A stretch of 63,992 nt of DNA, filler included, from Neoconidiobolus thromboides FSU 785 (GCA_025603075.1; 5 parts of 5 records of this genome joined end to end with filler, not necessarily neighbours in it), one strand, 5' to 3'; counted from the first letter of the whole stretch, positions 12,376 to 25,492 are shown. The notes: generated by a model not told the origin, from the letters alone. Made by a program: numbers and translations.

Positions 12376-13335
12376 CTTTTTAATGTGAAGTTAAATTTTT
12401 ATTTAAAAAATTTAAATGAGTTGAGGTTTATATAGTCCTTTACTGCCCTTTGCTTGGTAAGGGATTCAACAAATAATTAAGAACTTTTTAAGGATTTTAA
12501 AGTTTGATTGGTGGATTTCAAATTAGCTTAATATAAATGTCAAACTTTTCGAATAAAGAAATAAGAAAATTTATAAATATCAGCTTATATTGATAAATTT
12601 CAAAATGTCTGTTTTTTATCTTTTGTTCCTTATATAATTAAAGGTTAAAAAATTATCAAATAAATAAAACATTTAAGAGATGATTATATCATCACTTTAA
12701 ACTATTTACCAAATGATGTTTAGTGACAGATTGATTAAACTGATGATGATGAAATATCACTGCTATTCCATTCGGGGATCTAATGGTTTAAGAAATTTTA
12801 AACCCAAAAGAAAAGGTTAAAATAAAAAGTGGAAGTATAGAAAGGACAAGAATGAAAGCAAGAATCAAACTTTAAAATATTAAAATCATCAGTAACTAAA
12901 CTTTATTATAAAAATAAACGAAAAGTATGGTGTGATATTTCTCCTAATAATATGTTTTAAACAACATTCTTTATGTAGGTGATGATATTTGATCACTGTT
13001 GAGCATGAGTAGCTTGAAATTACAATGGAATTTGGAAACTACTCATTAAGTTTGTTCAAGTTATAGGAAACTTGAGGCATTTTTAATATTTTCCACGAAC
13101 TAATCTACCCAATAGAAACAGAAAATAAAATTAATAAAATATATATAAAATGATATTAGTTTTTTATATTAATTGAAGTTTTAATACTTAGTTTTTTAAA
13201 ATTATGGATGTTTCTTAGTCAACTAAACGAACCAATTAAATTGATATTTGAATTTCATTGTGGATATTTCGGATGAATAGATGTTAATTAACTCTTTATA
13301 CAATATTTTCTAATAATTTAAATATAAGATTAACA

Positions 13336-15358
13336 ATGATATTAAGAAGTCGACAATTAATTAATAGAACAAAATTATCTATTCAACCCAAATTAACACG
13401 TTATGTTCATACTACCAAAATTAGATTCAACAATATTAACCCTAATATTATTATTACTAATAATAATAATAATAATGAAGAAGAAATAGAATCCATCTCT
13501 TTAATGAATACCAATTATACACCTAAGAAACTGTATTTATCTAAAGTTAAAAATAAAATATATAATATGGATGAATTTCAATTAAAAATTATTAATTTAT
13601 TGGATGTTATTTATTTTAATGTATTAAATAAATATAATAATAATAAATCAAATAACAGTGTTACTAATAATAATAATAACAATACGTCGTTATTGAATAA
13701 AGTTAAATCTTGGTTCATTAAAGAAGAGGAGAGTAAAATAGATAACGATGTAAAGGGAGATGCAATGCATAACAATGGAATTTATTTATTTGGTAGTGTA
13801 GGTAAAATGAATAATTATTATTGTAATTATAACAATTATTATAATTATATATTTATTTTAGGTACAGGTAAAACAATGCTAATGGAGTTATTTTATGATA
13901 GTTTACCAACAACCTTACCTAAAAGAAGAGTTCATTTCCATGCTTTTATGATTGAAATACATGAACGTAAGTATATTAATATCAATAATATTTAATTTAT
14001 ATTATATTATTTATACGATAATTTCATCAATTAAGGTATTCATCAAATCAAAAAAAACAAAAAAATAAGGGATCCAATACCACCTATTATTATGGAATTA
14101 TCGAAAAATGCTAAAATACTTTGTTTTGATGAATTACAAGTAAAATTCAATATTAATATATTTGATTTTTATTTTAAAATAATTTTAATAATTAAATTAG
14201 GTAACCGATATAGCAGATGCCATGATTTTAAGAAGAATATTTGATGAATTATTTAAAAATAATGTAACTATTATAATTACTTCGAATAGACATCCAAATG
14301 GTAAATTTGAATTATTTTGTTATTATAAGAAAATAGAAGAAATCAAGAATATTAAACAATATACAAATTAGAATTATATAAAGACGGTATTCAACGACAA
14401 AGTTTTATACCATGTATTGAATTATTAAAACAAAAATTAAATGTAATTGATTTAAATTCTGGTTTGGACTATAGAAGACAAGGTAAATTAATTATTAATA
14501 ATATATTAAAATTAATAATTTATATGAATATTTTTATATAATATTTAGTCACTGAAAAAAATGAATTATATTTAAGGTAAATTAAATTGTTTAATTTATT
14601 ATTAATTATAGTTAATTATTATTGAATTATAGTCCTATTAATGAAATCAATGAATTCAAATTTGATGTTTTATTTAAAGAATTTCTAAACGGAAAACAAG
14701 GTAGTTTATTATTAATTTCAATCTTGAGAATTTTAATATTTTAAACATAATTAGCTAAACAAGAAAAACTTCATTTCTTGGGACGAGAATTAATAGTACC
14801 ATATGCTAATAATGGAGTAGCTAAATTTACTTTTGAAGAATTATGTGTTCAAGTAAGAGAAATAGTTATTTGTTATTTATTATATTTATTATATTTATTA
14901 TATTTATTGTAGCCCTTAAATGCAGCGGACTATTTAAAGTTGAGTGAAAAATATCATAGTGTCTTTTTATCGAATATCCCCTATATTTATCAATGTGATC
15001 GTAATATAATTCGAAGATTTATTACTTTAATTGATGCATTATATGAAAATAAAGTAAGTTTTTATACTTTAAGTTTTAAATTCAATAATTAACTTTTGTT
15101 TCTCTTTTTTTATAGAATACCTTAATCTGTCTCTCTATTGATAAAACTGAGTTATTATTCCAGCCAAAGGGGAATAATAATTTGGTAGGGGAATCACAAG
15201 ATAACAAAGATTCATCAAATAGTGTTGTAGATGAAGAAACATTTGCTTTACAAAGAACATATTCAAGAGTAGTTCAAATGCAATCAATTAATTGGGTAAC
15301 TATGAATAGCCAAGCCCCTAATTCAGTTAAAAGACAAATTTCTAGTATTGATTTATAA
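13336..15358 (+). CDS. AFG1: AFG1/LACE1-family mitochondrial ATPase, multi-exon
   Basis: [65 protein letters not shown]; basic N-terminal presequence. Confidence 0.92.
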
Positions 15359-15373
15359 TAAGTAGAATTAATA

Positions 15374-15404
<31 letters not shown>

Positions 15405-15452
15405 TTTATATTAATTTTTATTTTGTTCTATTCTAATAATATTTAATAATAT

Positions 15453-16833
15453 TTAATAGTAAATAGATCTAGTTCTATGAATTGGATAATTGGAGGAATG
15501 TAATTTATAATGTTGAGCATATTCCCAAAGATAAAAATCAATTTTAATTGCATTTAAATTGAATTTTTTATTTAATTGTTGTATTATTAATTCTACTGCC
15601 CAAATGCTATTACCACGTATTTCTATTTCTTCAAGTTGACCATAATCTATTGCTTCATTTTGAATTAGTTTGTTCATTAATTTATCATTATATTTCAAAA
15701 TTTCTATACATGAATTAGTATGAATTAACAATGAAGGGAATTTTAATTTACCTAATTTTAACAAAGTCTGAGGTACTCTATAGTAATTTAAAACAAAATT
15801 AACAAATTTTATTAAAAATTACAATTTTATTAATTACCTATAATCTGGAAACATAGTAATTTGATTGATATTATTAAACTCTCCTAAATTTTTATATTCT
15901 AAATAAGCGGCCACATCAGCAATAAAAATTTGAGCTCTTTTATTAAATTGAACTGTTTTCCCTAAAAACTCACATTGATCTTTAAAGCAATTAAAATCTT
16001 GAGTTATTATAGTCATTAATTGAATTGCATCTTTATTGCCTTTTTGAATTAGATTTTCAACTTTATTATTATATTTGGAGATCATAACAAAACTGATTTG
16101 TTTCATTACAAAAATTCTCTCTTCTATTAAAGGTGGATAAGGTTCTATTAAAGAGTAATCCGAATAAAACAATTGTTTTAATTCTTCATTTGTCATAGAT
16201 AATATTGTATTAAAATTTAATAAATCAATACCATTATCTAAAGCTATAAAGCATTATTTTAGTTTGATTAATTAATTACTATTTATAAAATAATAATAAT
16301 AACAATTTATTGACTTACCTCGATTAATAACTGCTGGTAAAGACCAATAACCCTGATAAATTTTTCCTTTATACAAAACTCCATATTTGTATTTTTTAAT
16401 ATAGTTAATATCATTATTAATTTCTAAATCACTCCAAAATGAAAAGTTTAAAGAATCAACAAGAAAAATCCTAAATACATAAATTAATTTTTAATAAAAA
16501 ATAAATTAAGATTAATATTTTATCTAATAAAAAGGATAATATCTTCCTTACCATTCCAATGCATTTTTAAAATTAGGGTTTGGATTTAACTCATGAAATG
16601 ACCAATTTAAATAATTGAATGGAACATTATTGATATCAGCTTCAAGCTTTTGGCAAAACTTTTCTACATTTTCTAGATTGACACTAACATATTCACTATT
16701 CTAATGAAATACAAGATTAATATTGGAATTCGCATTTTATTGAGAATTGAAAGTCGAAGTTTCTTACTTCATAAATAAATTGAGCACTTTGAGCTACTGG
16801 GTTAAGATTCATAGTTTCAGGAAGAATGGTCAT
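15453..16833 (-). CDS. QNG1: Queuosine salvage protein (DUF2419 / Q-nucleotide N-glycosylase), multi-exon
   Basis: FLVDSLNFSFW, YWSLPAVINR, FNKRAQIFIADV, MFPDYR, EIEIRGNSIWAVE, IDFYLW, PIHRTRSIYY*. Confidence 0.9.
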
Positions 16834-17514
16834 CTTAAAACAAAATTCAATATAGTTCGAATTTTGCTTTTGTTTTTCGAGATTTTATTTTTATTGCAGA
16901 TATTCTAATTCTATTATAATATAATTTGCGAGGATTTTTAGAGCTATCTTTGACTTATTTGATTTTTATAAGACTTGATTATTGAATTTTAGCTAATAAA
17001 GTAAAATTTTATTCTTAAATCAATAGTTAATTAAGTCATAATAGAGTTACAATAGTTTTATTTGTTCTCCATTTTTTTCTGCGGCTTAAAAACTTAGACT
17101 ATAAAAAAGCACATTAAAAATTAAAAGAAAATGAGAATTGAAAGTTAGTATTTTTTGATCTATTTTTATGCAACATAAAATTTAAGAAAAGTTATTAACA
17201 TATTAAAATCAAAAAAAGAATATCATAAACTTAAGCGTTATTGACGTATTTTTTAAAATTATAAAAAGAAATAATTATTTCTTTATAAAATAGATGGAAC
17301 TTTCTTAATCTTTATTAATATTCTATATAGTTAGAATTGTTTTCTATATAATAATATAGCTGAAACTTTCTACTTTGTATACACTACCTAATTCATTCAT
17401 CAACTAAGCCAACAACTTTTTTTAATATTCTATCAACCAATCAATTTCCATCTAGAAAAAACTTAACTTTAAAAACCAAAAATCAACAATTTGACCTTTT
17501 AACTTTTTGAAATC

Positions 17515-17712
17515 ATGAAGAATCTTGGAAAAACATATGAAACAGTATTAGAAAGAGCGAGTAAAAAATATCGATATAAAAATCAATTATTAGGTTTATC
17601 TTTAGTATTGTTTTCTACTTCCATCTTTTTTTATTCTATGAAAGCAGTCAAACAAGACGACTTTTCGGATGTACCAGTACCTAATAATAATAATAACAAT
17701 CAAAAGGAATAG
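17515..17712 (+). CDS. COA3: Cytochrome c oxidase assembly factor 3-like small membrane protein
   Basis: RASKKYRYKNQLLGL, hydrophobic helix, then YSMKAVKQDDFSDV, the COA3/CCDC56 pattern. Confidence 0.7.
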   Translation: MKNLGKTYETVLERASKKYRYKNQLLGLSLVLFSTSIFFYSMKAVKQDDFSDVPVPNNNNNNQKE

Positions 17713-18075
17713 AAGAATGAGGAGAGAAATGGAAATAAATAACTAAATGATATTTTTTGTTTCTGACTTACTTTTCAAAAATCAAGAACAATTCATACTA
17801 AAGTAGATTAAATATGAGCTTCAAATAAAATTCATTTTTTTTGTTATTGTTTTCTTATTTTTGATAGCAATTTTACATTTTTGTTTCTAAAATGAAATTA
17901 ATATGAAATCATTATTATTTCTTATTGTTATATTATAAGTTTGTTTTTTATATATCTATTATTTAGTATTAATAATATTAAAATTTTTAAATATATATTT
18001 CAAATAAATCACTTTTTTGATTTTATTATTTGATCACTAGATTTTGTTACTATTATAGAATTAAATCCTTTTTTT

Positions 18076-18180
18076 ATATTTGGAGATGTTTTCTGATTTC
18101 ATCACTTTCTCTGTCTTTTAAGCACTATTTGAATAGAAATATTGTTAGTAGAATCCTTAAACACAAAAATACACCCCGTC
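18076..18180 (-). mobile_element. MITE-like family A copy (degenerate)
   Basis: TTTAAGCACTATTTGAATAGAAATATTGTTAGTAGAATCCTTAAACACAAAAATACACCCC. Confidence 0.75.
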
Positions 18181-18629
18181 TTTTATTAATATATAAGTGA
18201 AAGATTTTTCGATAAAATTTTCAAATAAAAAAACTATTTTTATATGTTTACTTATTAAAAATGGATCTAAAGAATCTTAAATATGAGTTTAAAACAAATC
18301 AACTTATTACAATAACTCTGTTTTTATCACATCTTTAATCACCAATAATAATTCTTATAGTTGAAATGTTCAAAAATAAATCTAATTATTATTATCATTT
18401 ATTTAATATTATTATTAACATGTATAGTTTTATTTGCTACCAACTAATAAAACACGAAATGAGTTTTAAATGAACTAGAATTGATTTATTTTTATTACTT
18501 ATTTTTTCAATCGATGTATTTTACCTGTTTACCATTGATGATTCTAAAAAAATCTTAAATACTAATCCGAATAAATGAACTGGTTATTATATTTTTATTT
18601 TATTATTTTAATTCATTATTATGTTTTAC

Positions 18630-19532
18630 TTAATAACGACCTTGTCCTTGATTACCATAACCTTGTTGTCCTTGATTACCATAACCTTGCTGTCCTTGGT
18701 TGCCATAACCTTGTTGTCCTTGATTACCTGAAGATTGATTGCCATAACCAGAAGATTGGTTTCCGTAACTCTGTTGTCCTGAAGATTGGTTACCATAGCC
18801 TGAAGATTGATTACCGTGGTTACCAGATTGAGTAGAATTAGAAGCATATCCTGGAGTATTACTACTTTGCATTTTAACTTGATTTTGTTTATAAGCAGCT
18901 TCTTCTTCTTGAGCTTTATTCTTTTTAAGATGTTGATTTAACATATAACCACCAGCAGCAGCGGCACCTGCAGCTAATAATCCACCACCAACACCTGCAG
19001 CAATCTAATTTAGATAAAATTTAGATAAAAATTTATTATTATTTATTATTATTATTATTTATCATTATTATTTTTTATTATTAATTACCTTCCAACCTTG
19101 ATTTTGATCCTCTTCTCCATTCTCTTGCTCATTTTCATTTTTCTTTTCATCATTGTTATTATTATTGTTATTATTATTGTTATTATTATTATCATGTTGT
19201 TGCTCTTGTTGCACCTTATTTTCGGATGGCTTATAACTATCATTGTTATTATTATTATTGTTATTGTTAGAGCTTGAGTTATTATTGTTGTTATTTGAGC
19301 TTGAACTTGAATCATTATTACCACTATTATAACCACCTTGATTCTTTAAATGATCAAGTTGTTGTTGTTGATGTTGTTTAATACTTTCATTATGATTATT
19401 AATAATTTGATTTTGTTGATCAATTTGAGCTTGTAATTGTTGTTGTTGAACTTCTTGTTGCTTTCTTAATGTTTCTTGATAAGAATCATTACTACTTGGA
19501 GTATTTGCACCAGCGGATGGATTATAGGCCAT
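18630..19532 (-). CDS. Orphan Q-rich / glycine-zipper / QGYGN-repeat protein, paralog 2 (2 exons, ~272 aa)
   Basis: Exon 1 19532-19089 ends QGWK|GTAAT; exon 2 19004-18630 begins IAAGVGGGLLAAGAAAGGYMLNQHL and ends (QGYGNQGQ)3GRY*. Confidence 0.8.
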
Positions 19533-20109
19533 TTGAAATTTTTGTCTGTTTTATAAAAAAGAAGTCGTGAACTAATCTTTTATATCTTTTATGTAGTTAC
19601 TATTATTTTTTCCAACCTTTATAATATTTGGCCGTGCTCTTTTTATTGGTTGATAAAAAAATTTATAATGCTAATTATAGCTGAATGGTTCATATTGTTT
19701 GGCTTAAACTTAATAAAAGTGAATATTAAGTTAAATATGGTAAGTATACGGTGTTGCAATTAGATCATTATCTGCGTCATCTTTTATTTCATTGAAGCAA
19801 TTGAAAATTTAATGGTTACAAAAGTAACACGATTCATTATAAAATTTATGCTTACAAAATATTACTGCTATTCATTTTATTATTAAATTTTAATAATGGT
19901 ATAGTTGATATATCAATAAAATAGTAATATAGACTATTAGAATTATTTTAACACATGTAATAATTTGATTATCACGGAATATTTAATACTTTTTTATAAG
20001 TTTAACTTCTATATACTTAAAGTTTATATAGTCTTCTAATCTTTAAATCTAGATTAAAATAAATCCTAAACCACGTAAATAAAAAGTTTTAGAATAAAAT
20101 TTAGTTCCA

Positions 20110-20345
20110 CTCCTCTTAATATTCTAACACTATCTTGAGTTTACAAGCCCCAAACCCCACTTAATAAACATTCTTCTAAATTCAAATTGCCAAACTTTCC
20201 TCTCGAGTATATGATTTACAAAACTATACCAATAATGTGTTTTTAACTCTTCTATCATATCAAATATCAACTATAGACTATTGAATAGAATCAGCTTGCC
20301 TTTATATGATAAGTCCCTTCTAATAGCTTTGCAATTAATTTGATA
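20110..20345 (-). mobile_element. Decayed non-LTR retrotransposon (L1/Tx1-like) ORF2 fragment
   Basis: Minus-strand reading RRDLSYKGKLILFNSL*...KWGLGLVNSR* matches the post-RT 'R.LS..G+..L.NS' and 'GGLGL' motifs at about the expected 50-aa spacing. Confidence 0.5.
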
Positions 20346-20542
20346 ATTTAATAAGGGAGTCAGAAACCAAACCAATAAAATACGACTTTCATTATAAAAA
20401 ATATACTATGATATTATTGGCCATCGATCAAATTAATACAAGATGCATTTTAATCGATATTTACTTTTTTAGTAATCACGCTAAATCGCATAAGATAAAA
20501 TCCTATAATTTTTAATTTTTAAATCTATCACTTAAATCTTAT

Positions 20543-20767
20543 ATATGGGGGTGTTTTTTTTGACTTCATTATTTTTTCCACCTTTCAAGCGCTATTTTAG
20601 TAGAAAAATTGTTAGTAAAATCCTCAAATACAAAAATACATCCTCATATGGTACTTTGATATATGAGGATGTTTTTTTTCGTTTTATTACTTTTTCTATC
20701 TTTTAAGCACTATTTGAGTAGAAAGATTATTAATAAAATTCTTAAATAGAAAAATACATCCCCATAT
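20543..20767 (-). mobile_element. Two tandem MITE-like family A copies (20543-20649, 20661-20767)
   Basis: Both have ATATG(G/A)GG..TGTTTTTT and AAAAATACATCC(T/C)CATAT termini; 11-bp spacer. Confidence 0.85.
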
Positions 20768-21773
20768 AATAGTCGTAATTTTACTTATGATAATAATGGC
20801 ACTAAATTTTATTATTGATGTCACTATAATATCTGATATCATTATTAGTGTTAATAATACTATAAAAAGCAATTTATTTTTAATGTCATTATTTATTTTA
20901 TTGTTTTAATTAAAATTATACTAAATTAGTGTTAATATAGCTCCAATATATTATCATTTTACAAACAATACTTTCAGTATGTTTATACATAATGTTATAT
21001 ACTAATAAAATAGAACATAATAAAATGTGTGAGATTTAACTGGTAGATTTGGAATTTAAGTACAGTAGGATCTCACTTGATTGATTAGTGATATAATTTC
21101 CAAATTTGGAATCTCAAATTATCTGCTGAGAATCTCAAATTAAAAGATCCAAAAATTATAACGTATTCAAACTTTTGACAGAAATCTTATTTTAAAAGAC
21201 ATGATTTTGAACTTAGAAATTTTAATTGAATTTAGTTGCAAGGTTTATTATATTGAAAAAGAGGATTAGTTGTTTAGAAGCAAAGTATTTTGAAACTTTC
21301 AAAAATAAAGTTTTCTAATTTTTAATTAACTAAATTTTATAAACAAAATATTTGAAATTTTATAACTTGACTAGGCTAAATATTCAATTTTAGTAAACAA
21401 AGAGCATAAAAATAGTATGTAACTGTAAATAATAATATGTAGTATTAAATAAAATAAGATAAAATAAAATTTAAAAATGATCTAAAAGTTAAAGATTAAA
21501 AGTAATTAAAGCCATATTTTTTATTTTAAAATTTTATTAATAGCTTTTTTACCCAAATAGTTTTTAAATAATTTTTTAAAATTATATTTTTAATAAAGCT
21601 GTTTTTTTATAAATGTTTTACACAGACTATATAGTTATACTTTTTATTTTATATAGTTCATAGCTTATTATATGCTATTTTTTGTAATCCAGATTTATTT
21701 TATTTACATAAATTAAGATCTATTGACTTATAATTAACTATTTAATTTGAAACAGGCTTTAATTTTAATTGCT

Positions 21774-21809
21774 AAGAAAAGTAATGAAGTCAAAAAAATC
21801 ATCCCATAT
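21774..21809 (+). mobile_element. Family A right-end fragment
   Basis: AAGAAAAGTAATGAAGTCAAAAAAATCATCCCATAT. Confidence 0.55.
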
Positions 21810-22042
21810 CCTAATTAAAAACATTTTTTAAATAATATAATTTATGTAAATCAACTTTTAAAATTTATTTAAACTTTTAAAACAGTTTTAAGTAATTTAG
21901 TCAAGTAATGCAAACTATAAAAACTAATCTTATACCTTATATTCTATATTTTAATTATTCAAATATTATTATTCTTTATTTTTATATTAAAACTTATATA
22001 GGAGTGTTCAAATTAGTTTCATTCTTATACCCAATTTTAAAT

Positions 22043-22254
22043 TGTTTTGTTATAATTTATATTACAAGTTAATAGAATTTCTACTAAATTTAATAGAAAT
22101 TCCCATATTAGCATGGGTTTTACTAATGTAACCTATATATCAATATTGATATTAATCAAAGTTATAGTATGTCAATAAATATAGATTTCTATAAAACTTC
22201 ACTGAGAAATATTTGTTATTGGCTGCTTTATAGCCAATATTGCATATTTGCTAC

Positions 22255-22312
<58 letters not shown>

Positions 22313-22479
22313 TAATATTATAATTATATTATTAATATATCACTAAGTTAATAGATAGCTATATGGGAGATAGGCGATTAGCCTCAAAACTATAATTAAC
22401 CATCCTTGTATAATATAAATAATATATTAATAACTTTCATTTATTAATTGATTTATTAACAATTCAAGTAATATTAACA
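22043..22479 (-). mobile_element. Solo-LTR-like family C copy containing a (TAAA)n expansion
   Basis: Reverse complement aligns with 6021-6443; TGT..ACA ends; (TAAA) tract at about 22255-22308. Confidence 0.5.
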
Positions 22480-22480
22480 C

Positions 22481-22845
22481 TGTGAAATCTGATACTCAGG
22501 GTTTGGAGTCAAGAACAGCTATTGCTGGGTTGACTACATTATAAGTCGAAAGGTCTTAGTTTATGTGACTAAGATAGACTTGGATTATGAGGAATAGCAC
22601 GTAATAGGTTACAAGCTACATAAGACAGATAGAATAGACAATACTAATGTAAAATCTACGTAAAATACTATTAAGAAAACTTAGTGGCTTTATTAAATGT
22701 TCGAGATATCAGGGAATAATTCAGTTAAAAAGCCTCGAGCTATTATGTTTTAGAATCTCTTTAATACTCCGATAAGTATAAATATCAAGACAAGGGGAGA
22801 ATATTCTTTGAGACGAAGATAGAAATTCTCATATCAAATCAAACT
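22481..22845 (-). mobile_element. Solo-LTR-like family B copy, truncated by gap
   Basis: Starts TGTGAAATCTGATACTC; aligns with the reverse complement of about 110-464. Confidence 0.65.
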
Positions 22846-22945
22846 NNNNNNNNNNNNNNNNNNNNNNNNNNNNNNNNNNNNNNNNNNNNTTAATTAATTA
22901 ANNNNNNNNNNNNNNNNNNNNNNNNNNNNNNNNNNNNNNNNNNNN
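22846..22945. other. Artificial contig-join spacer
   Basis: N44-TTAATTAATTAA-N44. Confidence 0.95.
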
Positions 22946-23229
22946 AATTGAACAATACCAAAACCAGCAATTGAACCAAAGAAAGATCCTAAAAATTGCC
23001 ATCCAGCTTTTAAACCCATATATATATTACTTGCACCAAGGATACAGCCTAAAAGAGTACCAACAGCAATAGAACGGAATGTGAATTGATAATCTACTAT
23101 ATCTTCTGGAACGTCACGATCATTAATATTTTGAATTTGATATCTAGTGTCATCCTTTTCATTGATGTATGCATCATCCTTTTCACTCATAAAGGCGTCA
23201 TCAACGTAGCTTTTTTCACCGGAAGTCAT
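22946..23229 (-). CDS. OPT-superfamily oligopeptide/YSL-type transporter, 5' fragment (copy 1)
   Basis: QFTFRSIAVGTLLGCILGASNIYMGLKAGW, the first TM motif of OPT/YSL transporters; runs into gap. Confidence 0.8.
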
Positions 23230-24652
23230 TTTTTAATAATGAATAAAAATTAGAAAAAAACAATAAAGCAAGGGTATTTATAATCTAATCAAGTTCTGAA
23301 GAGCAATTACTTAATTTAGATAGATTTCGAACAAACAGGAAGTTTATTTTTAAAGAATAAACTAAATATTCTGGCAAGTAAAGTGTGTAAGATTAAAAAA
23401 ATAGGCTAATTCACTAAACAGGTAAAATATAATAAACCTCGCGTTTAATTATAGTTAGTGTAAAGTAGAAAAGCATATAGGATAGATATATTTATTTAGT
23501 ATAGATAAGAGCTTTCAAAATATATAAACAATGTTTATATTTGAAAATTTAATTTGTCTCTAATTTATAGATTTTATGGCTCTTTTTAATGGCTGTGCAA
23601 TGCTGCTTAATTATATTATTGGCTTAATTAAATGTTTGAATATAACCCTAAAATAGGGGACAGTCTATATTTATCTTTTGTTACTCTATTATTTCCAATC
23701 AAAATTAAACTTGAAGAATAATAGATTAGAGCTTTCAAGTTTGAAAATTATAAAAAAAATGGTATTAGGCGAGTGATAATTTTTACTAATACATATTGCT
23801 TTGCTAATGGATAAGATTCTACTATTCCATACAACTAAAGATTTCTAACTTTATTTTCTACTAAATAATATAGTTAACATAAGAGCTTAGGTACAAGTTT
23901 ATATGACCAAATTGTAAAGTAAACAACGTTAAAGCAATTCCAAAAAGACAAATGTATATAAGTAATAAATACTCTAATTATCGACAATCTATAAATATGA
24001 ACATTATAAAAAGTTACTTAAACGAGGACATTCAAATAATTGGCAAGTTAATTGAATATAGAACAATTCTTACATTAATTCCCCAAAATCCCAATCAAGT
24101 TAGATAGTTTAAACTTTAACATAAATATAATCTTATTACATTGAAATTCACCAATTCCAGTTATCGTTTAAATTTCAATAGCAGAGGGCTATAATAATAT
24201 ATTATAATGAATATATAAATATATAATTTTTGTAATATTGTGGATTGTTAACAAAATTATCATTTTAGCGACAATGACCATCACTGTAATATAAAAAAAA
24301 CTATATCTGTAGGAACAATTTAACATAAAAATTAAACTAACCTTTTTTATAAAAAAAAGCCATCAAATACCCTCAAATTTAAATTAATAATCTAAAAGGT
24401 AAGTTTATCCCAAAAAATAACTTATAAAATTAATTAGTTTCATTTGAATAGATTTATTAATGTTATCATTAATATAAAAAACATGGTTAAGTATATATTT
24501 AACAAAGTGATTTTTTCAATTGTATATACATAATATAATAAAAAGATTAAAGCTTAAATCCAAAGTTTAAGCAGGTATTTAAAAATGTCTATTTGGTAAA
24601 GTATCTAGAATAAAGTAAATAGGATTTAGAACATATGATAATTTTTGATTTT

Positions 24653-24723
24653 ATTAACAATTTTTTCGCTCAAATAGCGCTTAAAAGATAAAAAGGTGAA
24701 GCCAAAAAAAGTATCTCCATATA
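24653..24723 (+). mobile_element. Family A right-half fragment
   Basis: CTCAAATAGCGCTTAAAAGATAAAAAGGTGAAGCCAAAAAAAGTATCTCCATAT. Confidence 0.7.
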
Positions 24724-25492
24724 TAGAATTCGTTAATGTTGTAGATTATTTTATTCTTAATAGAAATGTTCTTTGTATATGCAGTAGTATTTAGAAACTC
24801 AAGAATTGATACAACATTAAGCATTAAATTATTGACATAGAGTATTGATCTCTGTAATTCGAGAGTATTCAAAATAAAAATTATGCTAAATAAAAATTTT
24901 CTCATTTTGAGAAGTGGTAGCTTCAAGTATCTTATAAACTGAAATGAAGATCATAAATATTAAACTCAGTGAATTTGAAGGATTTAGCTATTTAGAGATA
25001 ACAGTCTGATAAGACATGAGCTAAATCCAACAAATTCTTACTCTTAAAAGAAACAGATAGGTAAAATAATATCCATTTCACCTCTGTTCTCCAGAAAACT
25101 TCCCAATGAATGGAATTAGGAATAGGGTTAAATTCAAAGAGAATCTCTAGATGGGTCAAACTGCAAAGCAGTAAAACTTTTATATATGATCTAAATGCCA
25201 GTCAAGGAGATGGGGCTTATAAATGAAAGATAGTGACGTAAGGGCTGAAATGATACTAAAAAAAGAGGTAACATAAGCGAAGGGGTGGCGATAGCAGGCT
25301 AAAAGAGGATAGAATATAGGGCCAAAAATGAATGCTAAATAAAAATTAAAAGTTAAAATACTATTTAATAAGACATTACATTTATCTTTAATAAAGTCAT
25401 AATAGTGTTAGATATTGAATTCAAAAAACATTGTATTTAATTTCTTGTATCAATTTGTTTTTAATTTAAAATAATAGGTGTTTTTTTATACA

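Noticed and set aside
12735-13125. C/D snoRNA (TGATGA boxes) or an RT relic (LYVGDDI)
   Set aside because: No paired D box or terminal stem found; RT motif spacing does not fit.
21061-21085. pogo/Tigger-like end TA|CAGTAGGATCTCACTTG
   Set aside because: No matching opposite terminus nearby.
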